Source of the DNA: Candidatus Bathyarchaeia archaeon
GTDB taxonomy: Archaea > Thermoproteota > Bathyarchaeia > Bathyarchaeales > Bathycorpusculaceae
DNA: 64,000 nucleotides
Assembly: GCA_038848525.1 (NCBI GenBank)
Contig: JAWCNN010000004.1
Coordinates: forward strand, 11,595 to 75,594
Direction: 5' to 3'
Positions within the stretch are counted from its first letter, which is position 1; each line of letters starts with the position of its first letter. The translations under genes were made by a program, and so were the position numbers. This document shows, one piece after another, positions 45,445-55,005 of the stretch. A model generated the notes under the pieces. It searched no databases, was not told the origin of the DNA, and worked only from the letters and a program-made list of their open reading frames with translations.

Positions 45445-48249
45445 TTACCATGTTTTTCCATAGTTTTTCTTTACTTCTAGTATGTCTTGTAGGTCTACTT
45501 TTCCGTCGCCCCTCACTAGTTTTGGTGGGTTACCAACTATGTATGTTGGGGCTATGTCGCATGTGAAGTCCCATCTTTCGTGGCATGGGTAGCTGCCGTA
45601 GGCTTTTTTGGTTTCTAGTATGTCTATTAGTTCGACTACGTGGTTGTTGTCTATGTCTGCGTAGGCGCCTGGCGCCGATGAGCCTAAAGCCAACAATAGG
45701 AAGTGTAGGTTAGCGGTTTGGCTACTTCCACCATAGGGGCTGCACGGCAAGAACGGATGATTTTGATGCGGCCAACGAACCCAGTATAAGTCACTGTAGA
45801 TGTAGGGGTGTGGAGTGTTAGCAATTGGGATTAGGGGTTCGTCGCTTCCTACAATCCATTGGACTTTGTTGGCGATTTCCTGCATGTTTCCAAGTGAAAC
45901 TTTCAGTTCAACTTGTATATAATCTGTGGCCAGTAATGGTGGGGGCTCCCATGATGGGTATGCCATTGCCATAACATATATTCTGCCGTGCTGGTCTATG
46001 TAGTCGTTGCTTGGCAGTGAAACGCTGATGAAAATGTCTTCAGTGGATGGTAGAATTGTGGCTATTATGTTCCATTGGAGGCTGGTGTGGTTCCAAACCA
46101 TGAGTTCGCCAGCTGATCCTTGATCAAAACGATCTATGAAGCCCTCCCATGTTACATTTATTGATACTACCATGTCTTTTGTTATGCCGAGTGGTAGAGT
46201 AAAATTGAAGATGTGTTGCGCATAATCGTTCCAAGTGATGGGTACCGTGGTTTCACGGACGTCATCGGAACGTTTGACGTTATCGGCGTTAATTTCACCT
46301 GCGAATGTGGAGTATGGCGGTTCATTAACGACTGAGTCGCCGTTATCATATTTGCCCCATGCATACTCAGCCTTGTAAAGAACAATGCGCGAGATAAAAC
46401 TATCACAGAGGTCCAGCAGAGTTTCAAGCGTTGGGTTTCTGTAGTCGCCTAGATGCGCATACACATAAGTGAAGTTGCCAGTAAATAGTTGCTTATACAC
46501 TTCACATACAGTTGAACCTAAACCATGCGGCATAGAATAGTAGTGGCTAAAGTCATAGCTCAGCTCATCCATTACCTGTTCATATTCCGAATAAGAAATA
46601 AGCATAGCTGTAAGCGTAATGTCAAGCAATTTTGTCCAGTTAGCAATGAGTAGCGTTACATAATTTCCGTCTGTCCATCCTTCTATGTCTATGATTGTCC
46701 ATGGGCCGAGTTGCACGTTTACGCCTGGAATATTTGGCAGTTGATCTGCTTCGCTAAGTCCATGCTTTAGCCAGTACGAGGCTGAATGTGTGATTTGACC
46801 TATGGTAAGGTTTACATCATCTGTCAAATAGTTTTCAAGCCATTGTTGACATGGGCCTTCCTTTGTGTACCATGCGCCGTTAGGCCAGTTGTACGGGCGG
46901 TTTGTTGTTGAGTTCCAGCCTTGAATTGTGCCGTTGTATATATAATAGCATGTTGCATTTAAAATTTCAATTGCCTCTTGAACATCTTGCACGTATGGTA
47001 TTTGCACATATGTGCCGTTGAAATATTCATTTACGAAGTAGGCATTTATTGTTTCGTTGCGAACATTCTTAGGCAGGTATAGTGGGCTTGGCGGTATAAG
47101 GTAACCTGCGCCGAAACTGGAGAAATTGAGTATGTGACACATAGCATGATGTAGCCACTGCTCACCTAAAGGCCACCTCCGATGATTTGGAACTACGAAC
47201 TCATCTGCACCTTCATCCACGTAGTATGGTGGATCATAAAGGTAAGTGTGCAAGAAGCAGTATTGCTGCATAAGCTCGCCTATGTTTGGAACGGCAATGC
47301 CACACCAGTCAATTCCACCGTTTATTAAGTCTTGAATAAAGGCTTCGTAGGAGTCATAGTGCTTATACACACAGTAGTTCGGCGCTGGACGTCTGCCGAA
47401 GAGGCGGATGCCCCACCATAACGGGTTCTCCTTCATCAGCACATAGTGAGGATACTCCGTGGTTTGGCGCATGTATGGAAGATACATTCCGGAGGCCACT
47501 CTCCACTCTGGCGGTGTGCCTGGCAATGTATTGTTTGTCCAGTCGTTTGGGAAGTCTGGAACCCATGGATACTGCTGCTCAATTTGTTGCCAAACGTCGA
47601 AAGGCATTATGAGATATGACTTTGTTAAGGAACTATATACCACTTGGGCCCATGTTTCATTTACTCTCACATGAATTTCTTTATCGCTTATGATCATAAA
47701 ACTATCCCATGATGCATTTACTAACCCTTCTGGAAGCCCAGGTATCCCTTGGTACACATCCGTAAGATTGAGGCTGTATTTGACATCCGTAGTATTTATT
47801 GGTCTGTAATATTCTACGCCGCCTGTGCAGGCTTGCCAAGCATCCCAATCTGTGATTTTAACCCAGTAAGGCGCATATTTGCCGCCGCCAATATCCTTCT
47901 TACGAAGCATTATCTTTATCGTGGTGCTGTCAAGCCATTCTATGTTTTCGCCAAGCCATTTGATAAGGCGGTTGCTTGCACGGTCAACGCCAAACAGCGG
48001 CTCGTACATGATGTATGTGTCCCAACATTGACTCCAATCCATAATGCATGGAACACTCGTAGCCCACGCTGGGTCTGGCCAATAACCGCTAACAGAAATT
48101 GTTTTATCTCTAGGAACTGGCAAGTCCCATTCTGGTGGTTGAGCAGACATTGAAGAAACATTTATCATTCCAATGTTCAATAGCAATACAATTACGAACA
48201 GCAAAGCCGCTGTTACACACTTATGTCTCTTATTGGATGGTTTATCCAA
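45445..48249 (-). CDS. secreted SBP_bac_5-like protein with an inserted domain and a C-terminal dockerin-like module (934 aa)
   Basis: TTG start and a signal-like N-terminus. It is paralogous to residues ~1225-1924 of the upstream-coordinate giant protein (YWPDP...MDWSQCWDTYIMYEPLFG...). It ends in DIDNNHVVELIDILETKKAYG ... GDGKVDLQDILEVKKNYG. Confidence 0.8.
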   Translation of the reverse strand: MDKPSNKRHKCVTAALLFVIVLLLNIGMINVSSMSAQPPEWDLPVPRDKTISVSGYWPDPAWATSVPCIMDWSQCWDTYIMYEPLFGVDRASNRLIKWLGENIEWLDSTTIKIMLRKKDIGGGKYAPYWVKITDWDAWQACTGGVEYYRPINTTDVKYSLNLTDVYQGIPGLPEGLVNASWDSFMIISDKEIHVRVNETWAQVVYSSLTKSYLIMPFDVWQQIEQQYPWVPDFPNDWTNNTLPGTPPEWRVASGMYLPYMRQTTEYPHYVLMKENPLWWGIRLFGRRPAPNYCVYKHYDSYEAFIQDLINGGIDWCGIAVPNIGELMQQYCFLHTYLYDPPYYVDEGADEFVVPNHRRWPLGEQWLHHAMCHILNFSSFGAGYLIPPSPLYLPKNVRNETINAYFVNEYFNGTYVQIPYVQDVQEAIEILNATCYYIYNGTIQGWNSTTNRPYNWPNGAWYTKEGPCQQWLENYLTDDVNLTIGQITHSASYWLKHGLSEADQLPNIPGVNVQLGPWTIIDIEGWTDGNYVTLLIANWTKLLDITLTAMLISYSEYEQVMDELSYDFSHYYSMPHGLGSTVCEVYKQLFTGNFTYVYAHLGDYRNPTLETLLDLCDSFISRIVLYKAEYAWGKYDNGDSVVNEPPYSTFAGEINADNVKRSDDVRETTVPITWNDYAQHIFNFTLPLGITKDMVVSINVTWEGFIDRFDQGSAGELMVWNHTSLQWNIIATILPSTEDIFISVSLPSNDYIDQHGRIYVMAMAYPSWEPPPLLATDYIQVELKVSLGNMQEIANKVQWIVGSDEPLIPIANTPHPYIYSDLYWVRWPHQNHPFLPCSPYGGSSQTANLHFLLLALGSSAPGAYADIDNNHVVELIDILETKKAYGSYPCHERWDFTCDIAPTYIVGNPPKLVRGDGKVDLQDILEVKKNYGKTW

Positions 48250-48379
48250 TTTTTTATTCCTCTAAAATTTTTATATACAATCTATTATAGGCGTATATAA
48301 ACGGTTTAAAAGATTTATGGTAAAAAGTGCAAGTCCCAAAAACATTTATACCGCCAAATAACACCTATTTTATTCAAGG

Positions 48380-48472
48380 TTTAGGGGAGCTGAGCTGTGA
48401 CTTGGCTGAGAGGATGGCTGAACGCCGTCGACCCTTAGAACCTGACCCGGGTAATACCGGCGGAGGGAAAAC
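48380..48472 (+). promoter_or_regulatory. TPP (THI-box) riboswitch upstream of thiC
   Basis: Matches the conserved cores GGGGAGC...GGCTGAGA...ACCCTTAGAACCTGACCCGGGTAATACCGGCGGAGGGAA. Compare E. coli thiM: GGGGUGC..CUGAGA..ACCC..ACCUGAUCUGGAUAAUGCCAGCG.AGGGAA. Confidence 0.85.
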
Positions 48473-48552
48473 AAATGAATAAGAACATGTTTAAAAATTC
48501 TTTAAAAGCGAGTTTTTAGCTTCTTTCGCAGTTTTGGAGGTTATATGGAAAT

Positions 48553-49851
48553 ATGACAACGCAAATGTGTGCTGCTAAAAGTGGGAAAATAACCGAAGAA
48601 ATGCGTATAATTGCCAAAGACGAGGGAGAATCACCTCGAAGGGTTTGTCGGCGTTTGGCAGAAGGCACGCTTATTATAACTCGTAATGTTCAACGTGAAA
48701 ATGTGCATCCAGTTGGGATTGGCAAGGGCTTGCGTGTTAAGGTTAATGCGAATGTTGGCACAAGCCCTGACTTGTGCGATTTAAATTTGGAGTTGGAGAA
48801 AGCGAAGGTTGCCGTGAAATTTGGCGCTGACACGGTCATGGATTTGAGTACGGCTGGCAATTTAGACGAAATAAGAAGGGCAATATTGAAGGCTGTTAAT
48901 GTGCCAGTTGGCACGGTGCCGATTTATCAAACAGCCGTGGAAATTGCCAATAAAAAGGGCGCAATCGTGCATATGACTGAAGATGATATCTTCAACGTTA
49001 TAGAACGCCAAGCCAAAGACGGCGTTGACTTCATGACTGTACATTGTGGAGTTACAATGCAAATCGTTAAAAGCTTAGCCAAACATCCACGCTTAATGGG
49101 AGTCGTAAGCCGAGGAGGAACATTTTTAGCCTCGTGGATTCTCCACCACAACAAGGAAAATCCGTTATATGCGAATTATGATTATCTTTTAGAGTTAGCG
49201 GCAAAATACGATTTCGTTTTAAGCATCGGAGACGGTTTGAGGCCGGGCTGCATATTTGACTCTACGGATTGGGCGCAAATTCAAGAGTTACTCACAATTG
49301 GAGAGCTTGTGGAAAGGGCCAGAGCCAAAAATGTGCAGGTCATGGTTGAAGGACCTGGGCATTTACCCTTAAATGATGTGGCAGCTAATGTGCAGCTTGA
49401 AAAGTCAATTTGTAAAGGCGCGCCGTTTTATGTGCTTGGTCCAGTTGTAACGGAAATAGCGCCGGGATACGACCATATTGCTGGGGCTATTGGCGGAGCT
49501 TTGGCTGGGCTTGCAGGCGCAGATTTCCTATGCTATTTGACGCCTTCGGAGCATCTGAGCTTGCCAAGTTTGGAAGACGTTAAAGAGGGCGTTATAGCCA
49601 CGAAAATAGCTGCGCATGCCGTTGACATTGCAAAGCTTGGACGCAAAGTTGCAATGCAGGATTTGGCTATGGCAAAAGCCAGGGCAAACCTCGACTGGAA
49701 AAATCAGTTTGAAAACGCCTTAGACCCTGAAAAAGCCATGAAAATTCATGGTAGAGTAAAACCTAAAAGTGGAACTTGTTCGATGTGTTCTGAGTATTGC
49801 GCCATAAAAATTTTGAGGGAGACGTTGAAGGCTGAGGGGCAATGCCTATGA
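48553..49851 (+). CDS. thiC: phosphomethylpyrimidine synthase
   Basis: 432 aa radical-SAM ThiC with a C-terminal CSMCSEYC cluster motif and conserved VMVEGPGH. Confidence 0.95.
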   Translation: MTTQMCAAKSGKITEEMRIIAKDEGESPRRVCRRLAEGTLIITRNVQRENVHPVGIGKGLRVKVNANVGTSPDLCDLNLELEKAKVAVKFGADTVMDLSTAGNLDEIRRAILKAVNVPVGTVPIYQTAVEIANKKGAIVHMTEDDIFNVIERQAKDGVDFMTVHCGVTMQIVKSLAKHPRLMGVVSRGGTFLASWILHHNKENPLYANYDYLLELAAKYDFVLSIGDGLRPGCIFDSTDWAQIQELLTIGELVERARAKNVQVMVEGPGHLPLNDVAANVQLEKSICKGAPFYVLGPVVTEIAPGYDHIAGAIGGALAGLAGADFLCYLTPSEHLSLPSLEDVKEGVIATKIAAHAVDIAKLGRKVAMQDLAMAKARANLDWKNQFENALDPEKAMKIHGRVKPKSGTCSMCSEYCAIKILRETLKAEGQCL

Positions 49852-51209
49852 ACAAGCGCACGGTTCCAGTGGCGTTAACAATTGCTGGAAGCGACTCTGG
49901 AGGAGGCGCAGGCGTCCAAGCAGACATCAAAACTTTTGCGGCTTTGGGCGTTCACGGCGCAGCGGCAATAACAGCCATAACAGCCCAAAACACATGTTCT
50001 GTTAGGGCTATACAGCCTTTAAACCCTGAAATTGTTAAGGCGCAGATAAAGGCTGTGGCTGAAGACATGGGCATAAACGCTGGAAAAACAGGAATGCTTT
50101 ACACAGCGGAAATAGTTAGGGCGGTTGCTGAAGGGGTTTCGCTTTATGGTTTTCCTTTAGTTGTTGACCCTGTTATAGTGGCCAAGGTTGGTTCGCCGTT
50201 GCTGGAGGCTGAAGCCATAAACGCATTAAAAAATTGTCTTTTGCCAAAAGCCACGGTTATTACGCCTAACAAGTTTGAAGCGGAAAAATTGGCGGAAATG
50301 GAAATAAAAAGCCTTGAAGATGCGGAAATCGCGGCTAGGAAAATTTCTGAGTTAGGCGTGAAGGCTGTTGTTGTTAAGGGTGGACATTTTGAAGGTGTAG
50401 AGGCTGTTGACATCCTTTATTATGATGGTAAAATTGAAAGGTTTAGCGCTTCGAGGCTTGACGCCAAAACCACGCATGGAACAGGTTGTATTTTCTCTGC
50501 AGCCATCACAGCCCAAATTGCAAAGGGCGACGATATTCCAGTGGCTGTTGAAAAGGCAAAAATTTTTGTGGTTTCAGCCATAAAACACGGGTTTGCGGTT
50601 GGCAAGGGTTATGGACCAGTCAATCCCATGGCGCAACTTCACCGTGAAGCTTCACGATATAGCGTTTTAGTGAATGTTGACGAGGCTGGAAAACTGCTTA
50701 TGTCTTCGCCAGTTACAGCCAAGCTTGTGCCTGAAGTTGGCATGAACGTGGCTATGGCTGTTCCATATGCTGAAAGCATAGGGGATGTTGCGGCTTTTCC
50801 AGGCAGAATGGTGAAAGCGTTTGCTCAGGTGAAGACTGTGGGTTGCCCATGTTTTGGAGGTTCAACACATCTTGCAAGTTATTTGCTGGAAATTATGAAG
50901 CACAACCCAGAAAAAAGGGCGGCGATTAACCTGAAATTTTCTGAGGAGACTCTTAGACTTTTGGAAAGTAAAAACTTGAAAATCTCTTTTTATAACCGAA
51001 TGGAAGAGCCTGAAGAAATTAAGAGGGTTGAGGGGTTAACTGTGCCTTGGGGTGTAAACCAAGCCATAAAAAGATTTGGAGCTATTCCAGACGTAATTTA
51101 TCATAGGGGTGACGTTGGAAAAGAACCTATGATAGTTGTTTTTGGGAAAGACGCCATTTCACTGGCGAGGCTTGTGGTGGAAATTGCAGAGGAAATGAAA
51201 AATGACTAG
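49842..51209 (+). CDS. thiDN: bifunctional ThiD (HMP/HMP-P kinase) - ThiN (thiamine-phosphate synthase) fusion
   Basis: N-terminal [19 protein letters not shown] and THGTGC motifs. The C-terminal ThiN-like half has PEVGMNVA...DVAAFPGRM. Confidence 0.9.
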   Translation: MPMNKRTVPVALTIAGSDSGGGAGVQADIKTFAALGVHGAAAITAITAQNTCSVRAIQPLNPEIVKAQIKAVAEDMGINAGKTGMLYTAEIVRAVAEGVSLYGFPLVVDPVIVAKVGSPLLEAEAINALKNCLLPKATVITPNKFEAEKLAEMEIKSLEDAEIAARKISELGVKAVVVKGGHFEGVEAVDILYYDGKIERFSASRLDAKTTHGTGCIFSAAITAQIAKGDDIPVAVEKAKIFVVSAIKHGFAVGKGYGPVNPMAQLHREASRYSVLVNVDEAGKLLMSSPVTAKLVPEVGMNVAMAVPYAESIGDVAAFPGRMVKAFAQVKTVGCPCFGGSTHLASYLLEIMKHNPEKRAAINLKFSEETLRLLESKNLKISFYNRMEEPEEIKRVEGLTVPWGVNQAIKRFGAIPDVIYHRGDVGKEPMIVVFGKDAISLARLVVEIAEEMKND

Positions 51210-51421
51210 CTTATATTTGGCGTTTAAGCCAGTTTTGATTCCACTTGCGCAAACACGCCTTAGAACAGAAAATGTAAACCTTGTTAACGCAGCATGTTTT
51301 CCGTGTGATTGGCTTTTCAGTTATGATTTTTACACAAACTTGACATCGTACTGGCATCAGCCAAACAAAGAAACAAATTTAAGCAATATAAATTATTTTC
51401 CAAAATCTAAGGTGGATAATC

Positions 51422-52201
51422 ATGAAAGAGGTTGAAGAGGAAGCCATAACACAGGCGATAATTCGGAAAGCCATGGAAGACTGGATAAACCTTGCGGAAA
51501 CAGACGTTGTAGTCGTTGGAGCTGGACCTTCGGGTTTAACTGCGGCTATGCACCTTGCAAAGGCTGGACTCAAAACCGTAGTGTTTGAGAGAAAACTGTC
51601 CTTCGGCGGTGGAATCGGCGGAGGCGGAATGCAACTTCACAAAATTGTTGTGCAAGCACCCGCAGACAAAATTCTGCGGGAAGTCGGCTGTAAACTTGAA
51701 CCTTTAGAAGACAGCCTATTCATCGTGGACACGGCGGATATGATGGCGAAGTTGGCTTGCGGAGCAATCAACGCAGGCGCAAAAATAATTTTAGGCGTAA
51801 CTGTCGACGACGTAATATACCGTGAACAACCAACGCGGATAGTTGGCGTGGTTGTGCAGTGGACATCTGTAGTAATGGCTGGATTACACGTTGACCCGTT
51901 GGCTGTAAAAGCCAAAGCCGTTGTCGACTGCACGGGACACGACGCCGAAGTGCTTGCGGTAGCCTTAAAAAAAATTCCAGAGTTGGGAATAGCCATTAAA
52001 GGCGAAAAATCCATGTGGACATCAAAAGCCGAAGAATTAACCGTTAAAAACACAAGGGAAGTTTGCCCCGGACTTTTTGCGGCTGGGATGGCTGTAGCCG
52101 CCATAGACCAGACGCCGCGCATGGGACCAATATTCGGCGGGATGCTACTAAGCGGCGTAAAAGTAGCCCAGCTGGTTACAGAAAAGCTGAAAGGCACTTA
52201 G
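51422..52201 (+). CDS. thi4: thiazole synthase Thi4 (archaeal/eukaryotic type)
   Basis: FAD/NAD motif [14 protein letters not shown], plus GGGMQ and DCTGHDAEV. Confidence 0.9.
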   Translation: MKEVEEEAITQAIIRKAMEDWINLAETDVVVVGAGPSGLTAAMHLAKAGLKTVVFERKLSFGGGIGGGGMQLHKIVVQAPADKILREVGCKLEPLEDSLFIVDTADMMAKLACGAINAGAKIILGVTVDDVIYREQPTRIVGVVVQWTSVVMAGLHVDPLAVKAKAVVDCTGHDAEVLAVALKKIPELGIAIKGEKSMWTSKAEELTVKNTREVCPGLFAAGMAVAAIDQTPRMGPIFGGMLLSGVKVAQLVTEKLKGT

Positions 52202-52255
52202 CTTTTGTGTTGTTGTCGTGTCGAAGTTTTTAACAATAACAAAACCGCATAGCTA

Positions 52256-53041
52256 TTAAAGTAGGATTCTTTCTGGTGCGTTATATATGTTTAGACGTTT
52301 TCCACGCACAAACCCGATTAGGGTTAAGCATGTTTCTTTTGCGATTGTTATGCCAGAGTCCACCGCTGCGGTTGAAGAAGCCACTATTGGTATGCCGACT
52401 TTCGCCGCTTTTAGGGTTATGTCGCCTGTTAATCTTCCGCTTAAGGCAAGAAAGCAACTGCCAAAATCGCTTTTGTTTTGGGCTGTTATGCCAATGGCTT
52501 TGTCAACTGCGTTGTGGCGACCCACATCCTCTGCAAAAGCTAAGAGGTGTCCGTTGCTTGTATAAGTGGCTGCGGCGTGAACACCACCAGTTCGCCTAAA
52601 AGTTTCTGCCTCCGTGTTTAGTCTACCCACACAGTTTAGGATTACTTCAGCCTTCACCTTCAAATTCGACGTTATTTTTGGAAGTTTTCCCAAATATTGG
52701 CGAGGTGATGCTGCGCCGCCGCATGCTGAAGCTATTATGCGTGAAAATGGCTTTAGCTGGTTTAGGCGTTTTTCCACGTCAACGCCCCGTCGCAGTTTGA
52801 CATTGCAGACGCCCTTTACATTTATGATTGTTTCCTCAATTTCATCAATTGACTGCACTATACCTTCTGAAAGTAAATGTCCAACAACCAGCTCTTTCAA
52901 GTTCGTCGGCGAACAAAAAATAGTAGCGTAATTCACCTTGTTTAGGCGTATGCTGAAAGGCTTTTCCTCAGCCACAAAATCCCTCATTTTCCGAACAGCC
53001 TTTGCTGAAACGTCAACCCTTAAAATTTCAACTTCCCGCAT
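52256..53041 (-). CDS. fdhD: FdhD-family sulfurtransferase (formate dehydrogenase / Mo-W enzyme accessory protein)
   Basis: EEKPFSIRLNKV...CSPTNLKELVVGHLLSEGIV, GGVHAA and RHNAVDK motifs. Confidence 0.8.
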   Translation of the reverse strand: MREVEILRVDVSAKAVRKMRDFVAEEKPFSIRLNKVNYATIFCSPTNLKELVVGHLLSEGIVQSIDEIEETIINVKGVCNVKLRRGVDVEKRLNQLKPFSRIIASACGGAASPRQYLGKLPKITSNLKVKAEVILNCVGRLNTEAETFRRTGGVHAAATYTSNGHLLAFAEDVGRHNAVDKAIGITAQNKSDFGSCFLALSGRLTGDITLKAAKVGIPIVASSTAAVDSGITIAKETCLTLIGFVRGKRLNIYNAPERILL

Positions 53042-53053
53042 TTTCGCTATCGC

Positions 53054-53929
53054 CTACCTCTTCAACTCTGATAAGAGAAAATTCACAATTTCATCGGCAA
53101 TGTTAACATTTGTAACAGACTGTAAGCCTCTCCATCCAGGTTGACTATTAACATCAACAACCAATAGCCCTCTAGGACTTTCCAGAATGTCTACGCCAGC
53201 GACTTTGCATCCAATAAGCTTTGCTGATTTAACAGCCAAATCTTCTAAGGCTTTGTCAAGCTTTATCGGTTGTGGCTTTGCACCTTGACTATAATTGGTT
53301 TTCCATGTGTTTGCAACGCGGCGCATTGCGGCGGTAACGCGGTCGCCGACTACGAAGGCGCGGATGTCGGAGAAACCATGAGGTACGAACTCTTGAAGGT
53401 ATATTACGCCGTGATAAAAGGTTAAAGCCCTAAAAATTGTTTGGGCAACCTCTAAATCATTAACCCTTGTCGAGCCGATTCCACGCGAGCCGAAAAGAGG
53501 CTTAACAACAACATCGCCCAAATTTTTAAAATCCCTTAAAGCCTCATCAACATTTTCAGTTACAGCCGTGCGTGGTACTGGCACGCCGTTTTCCTCCAAA
53601 ATCGCCAAAATATCATATTTGTCAACGCAATGCTCAATAGCCTCAGGCGGATTTAAAACATAAAAGCCCAAACGCTGAAGTCTATAAAGCACGTCCATCC
53701 GAAAAACCAACTCTTCCAACGAGCCTCTCCCAATTGGACGAATTACGAGGGCGCTTAAATCCTCCAGTAAGTTTGTGTTGCCAACTTTTAAGTAAGGCTT
53801 ATAGCCGACATGTGCAACAAGCCTTGGAAAACTAAAGCAGATATGCGGAACATTACGCCTTGTCAAAGCTTCTCGAAGTTGAGTTGAACTCCAAGCATTC
53901 GCATTTCGGGTTACAATTCCAACTTTCAA
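53054..53929 (-). CDS. RimK-family ATP-grasp alpha-L-glutamate ligase (MptN/CofF-like)
   Basis: 291 aa with VVKPLFGSRGIG, YLQEFVPHGFSDIRAFVVG and VDVNSQPGW. The specific substrate cannot be determined from sequence. Confidence 0.8.
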   Translation of the reverse strand: MKVGIVTRNANAWSSTQLREALTRRNVPHICFSFPRLVAHVGYKPYLKVGNTNLLEDLSALVIRPIGRGSLEELVFRMDVLYRLQRLGFYVLNPPEAIEHCVDKYDILAILEENGVPVPRTAVTENVDEALRDFKNLGDVVVKPLFGSRGIGSTRVNDLEVAQTIFRALTFYHGVIYLQEFVPHGFSDIRAFVVGDRVTAAMRRVANTWKTNYSQGAKPQPIKLDKALEDLAVKSAKLIGCKVAGVDILESPRGLLVVDVNSQPGWRGLQSVTNVNIADEIVNFLLSELKR

Positions 53930-54060
53930 AACAGAACCTCTAAACCATTTTAAATCTGTAAAAGTGCTAAGAGACGCTGTATTCTTAAAGTTTCCGTGTT
54001 CAACCTTTTCTAAACTCTTTCAACATTCGCCTGACTTGCGAAATGGCGTATTTGGCCTCT

Positions 54061-55005
54061 TTAGAATTTGTGGATATATGGAACAAGTTGTTCCACATCC
54101 TCAAATTTATGTGAAAGCTCAATTTTTAAGTAGGCGCCATAAACGTTAAAGTATGGTGGTCCCTTCCGTGAGAATAAAGTTAAAACTTTGCCTTTATGAT
54201 TTATTTTATAGCCTTCCATGCATGGTTCATGCCCCCTAATCTGTATTTTCACGTTGAACCTTCCTAGAACAGCGTCTGTTATTTTTTCTCCAAAGAGTTT
54301 TCCTGCACCTCTCGGCGATGCGCAAATGTCATTAACTGTTTCGTTTGGGTCGCTCCAGAGCATTTCCTCCAAAAAATTTTGTTTTGGATGTAAAATGTGG
54401 GCATATGCCAAATCTTCAATTGTTTTGGCTTGGGCGGGTAAGCCTCCGTGAACCATTAAATAGCGTTGTTCAACAAGCACAGCATTGTATAGGCAATCGA
54501 ACAACTCTCGAATTTTTGTGTATGCACTTGCCCATTTTTCGCCGAATTTAATTCGAAATTCCACTGGCAAATCATGCGGAGAAGCCAAAAGGTCTTCTGG
54601 TCCCTCGTGGTTTCCACGCATCAAAACAACCTGCCGTGGAAAAAGAAGCTTAAACCTCAAAACCACAGCGTAAACCTCTTTTGAGTGTTCGCCTCTGTCG
54701 CCGTAATCACCCAAAAAAATGAACGTGGCGTTGCTGTCGCTGTTCAGCTTTTGTATGAAATTGCTTTCTTTGAGGATGTAAATTAGGCTTTCAAAGTCTC
54801 CGTGTAAATCGCCGATAATTAAAGCTTCGCCTTCTGGCTTTAAATTGACAAGTCTGCCTATGACATTGAAATTGCCGATTTTTCCGTTTTCTTTGCAAAG
54901 CAAACATTTAACATCCTCAACCAACCGCACAAAACTTTCGCATTTGATTTCTAATGCTTCCTTAACAATTTCTGTAAGGGTTATCTGCAAACCTTTAAGC
55001 CTCAA
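54061..55005 (-). CDS. PPP-family Ser/Thr protein phosphatase (metallophosphoesterase)
   Basis: GDLHGD, GDYGDRG and RGNHE motifs. Confidence 0.8.
   Translation of the reverse strand: MRLKGLQITLTEIVKEALEIKCESFVRLVEDVKCLLCKENGKIGNFNVIGRLVNLKPEGEALIIGDLHGDFESLIYILKESNFIQKLNSDSNATFIFLGDYGDRGEHSKEVYAVVLRFKLLFPRQVVLMRGNHEGPEDLLASPHDLPVEFRIKFGEKWASAYTKIRELFDCLYNAVLVEQRYLMVHGGLPAQAKTIEDLAYAHILHPKQNFLEEMLWSDPNETVNDICASPRGAGKLFGEKITDAVLGRFNVKIQIRGHEPCMEGYKINHKGKVLTLFSRKGPPYFNVYGAYLKIELSHKFEDVEQLVPYIHKF

Noticed and set aside
51210-51421. Possible second TPP riboswitch upstream of thi4
   Set aside because: No CTGAGA or ACCTGA..GGATAATGCC-type cores are present. The spacer looks like an ordinary promoter plus an AAGGTGGA SD.
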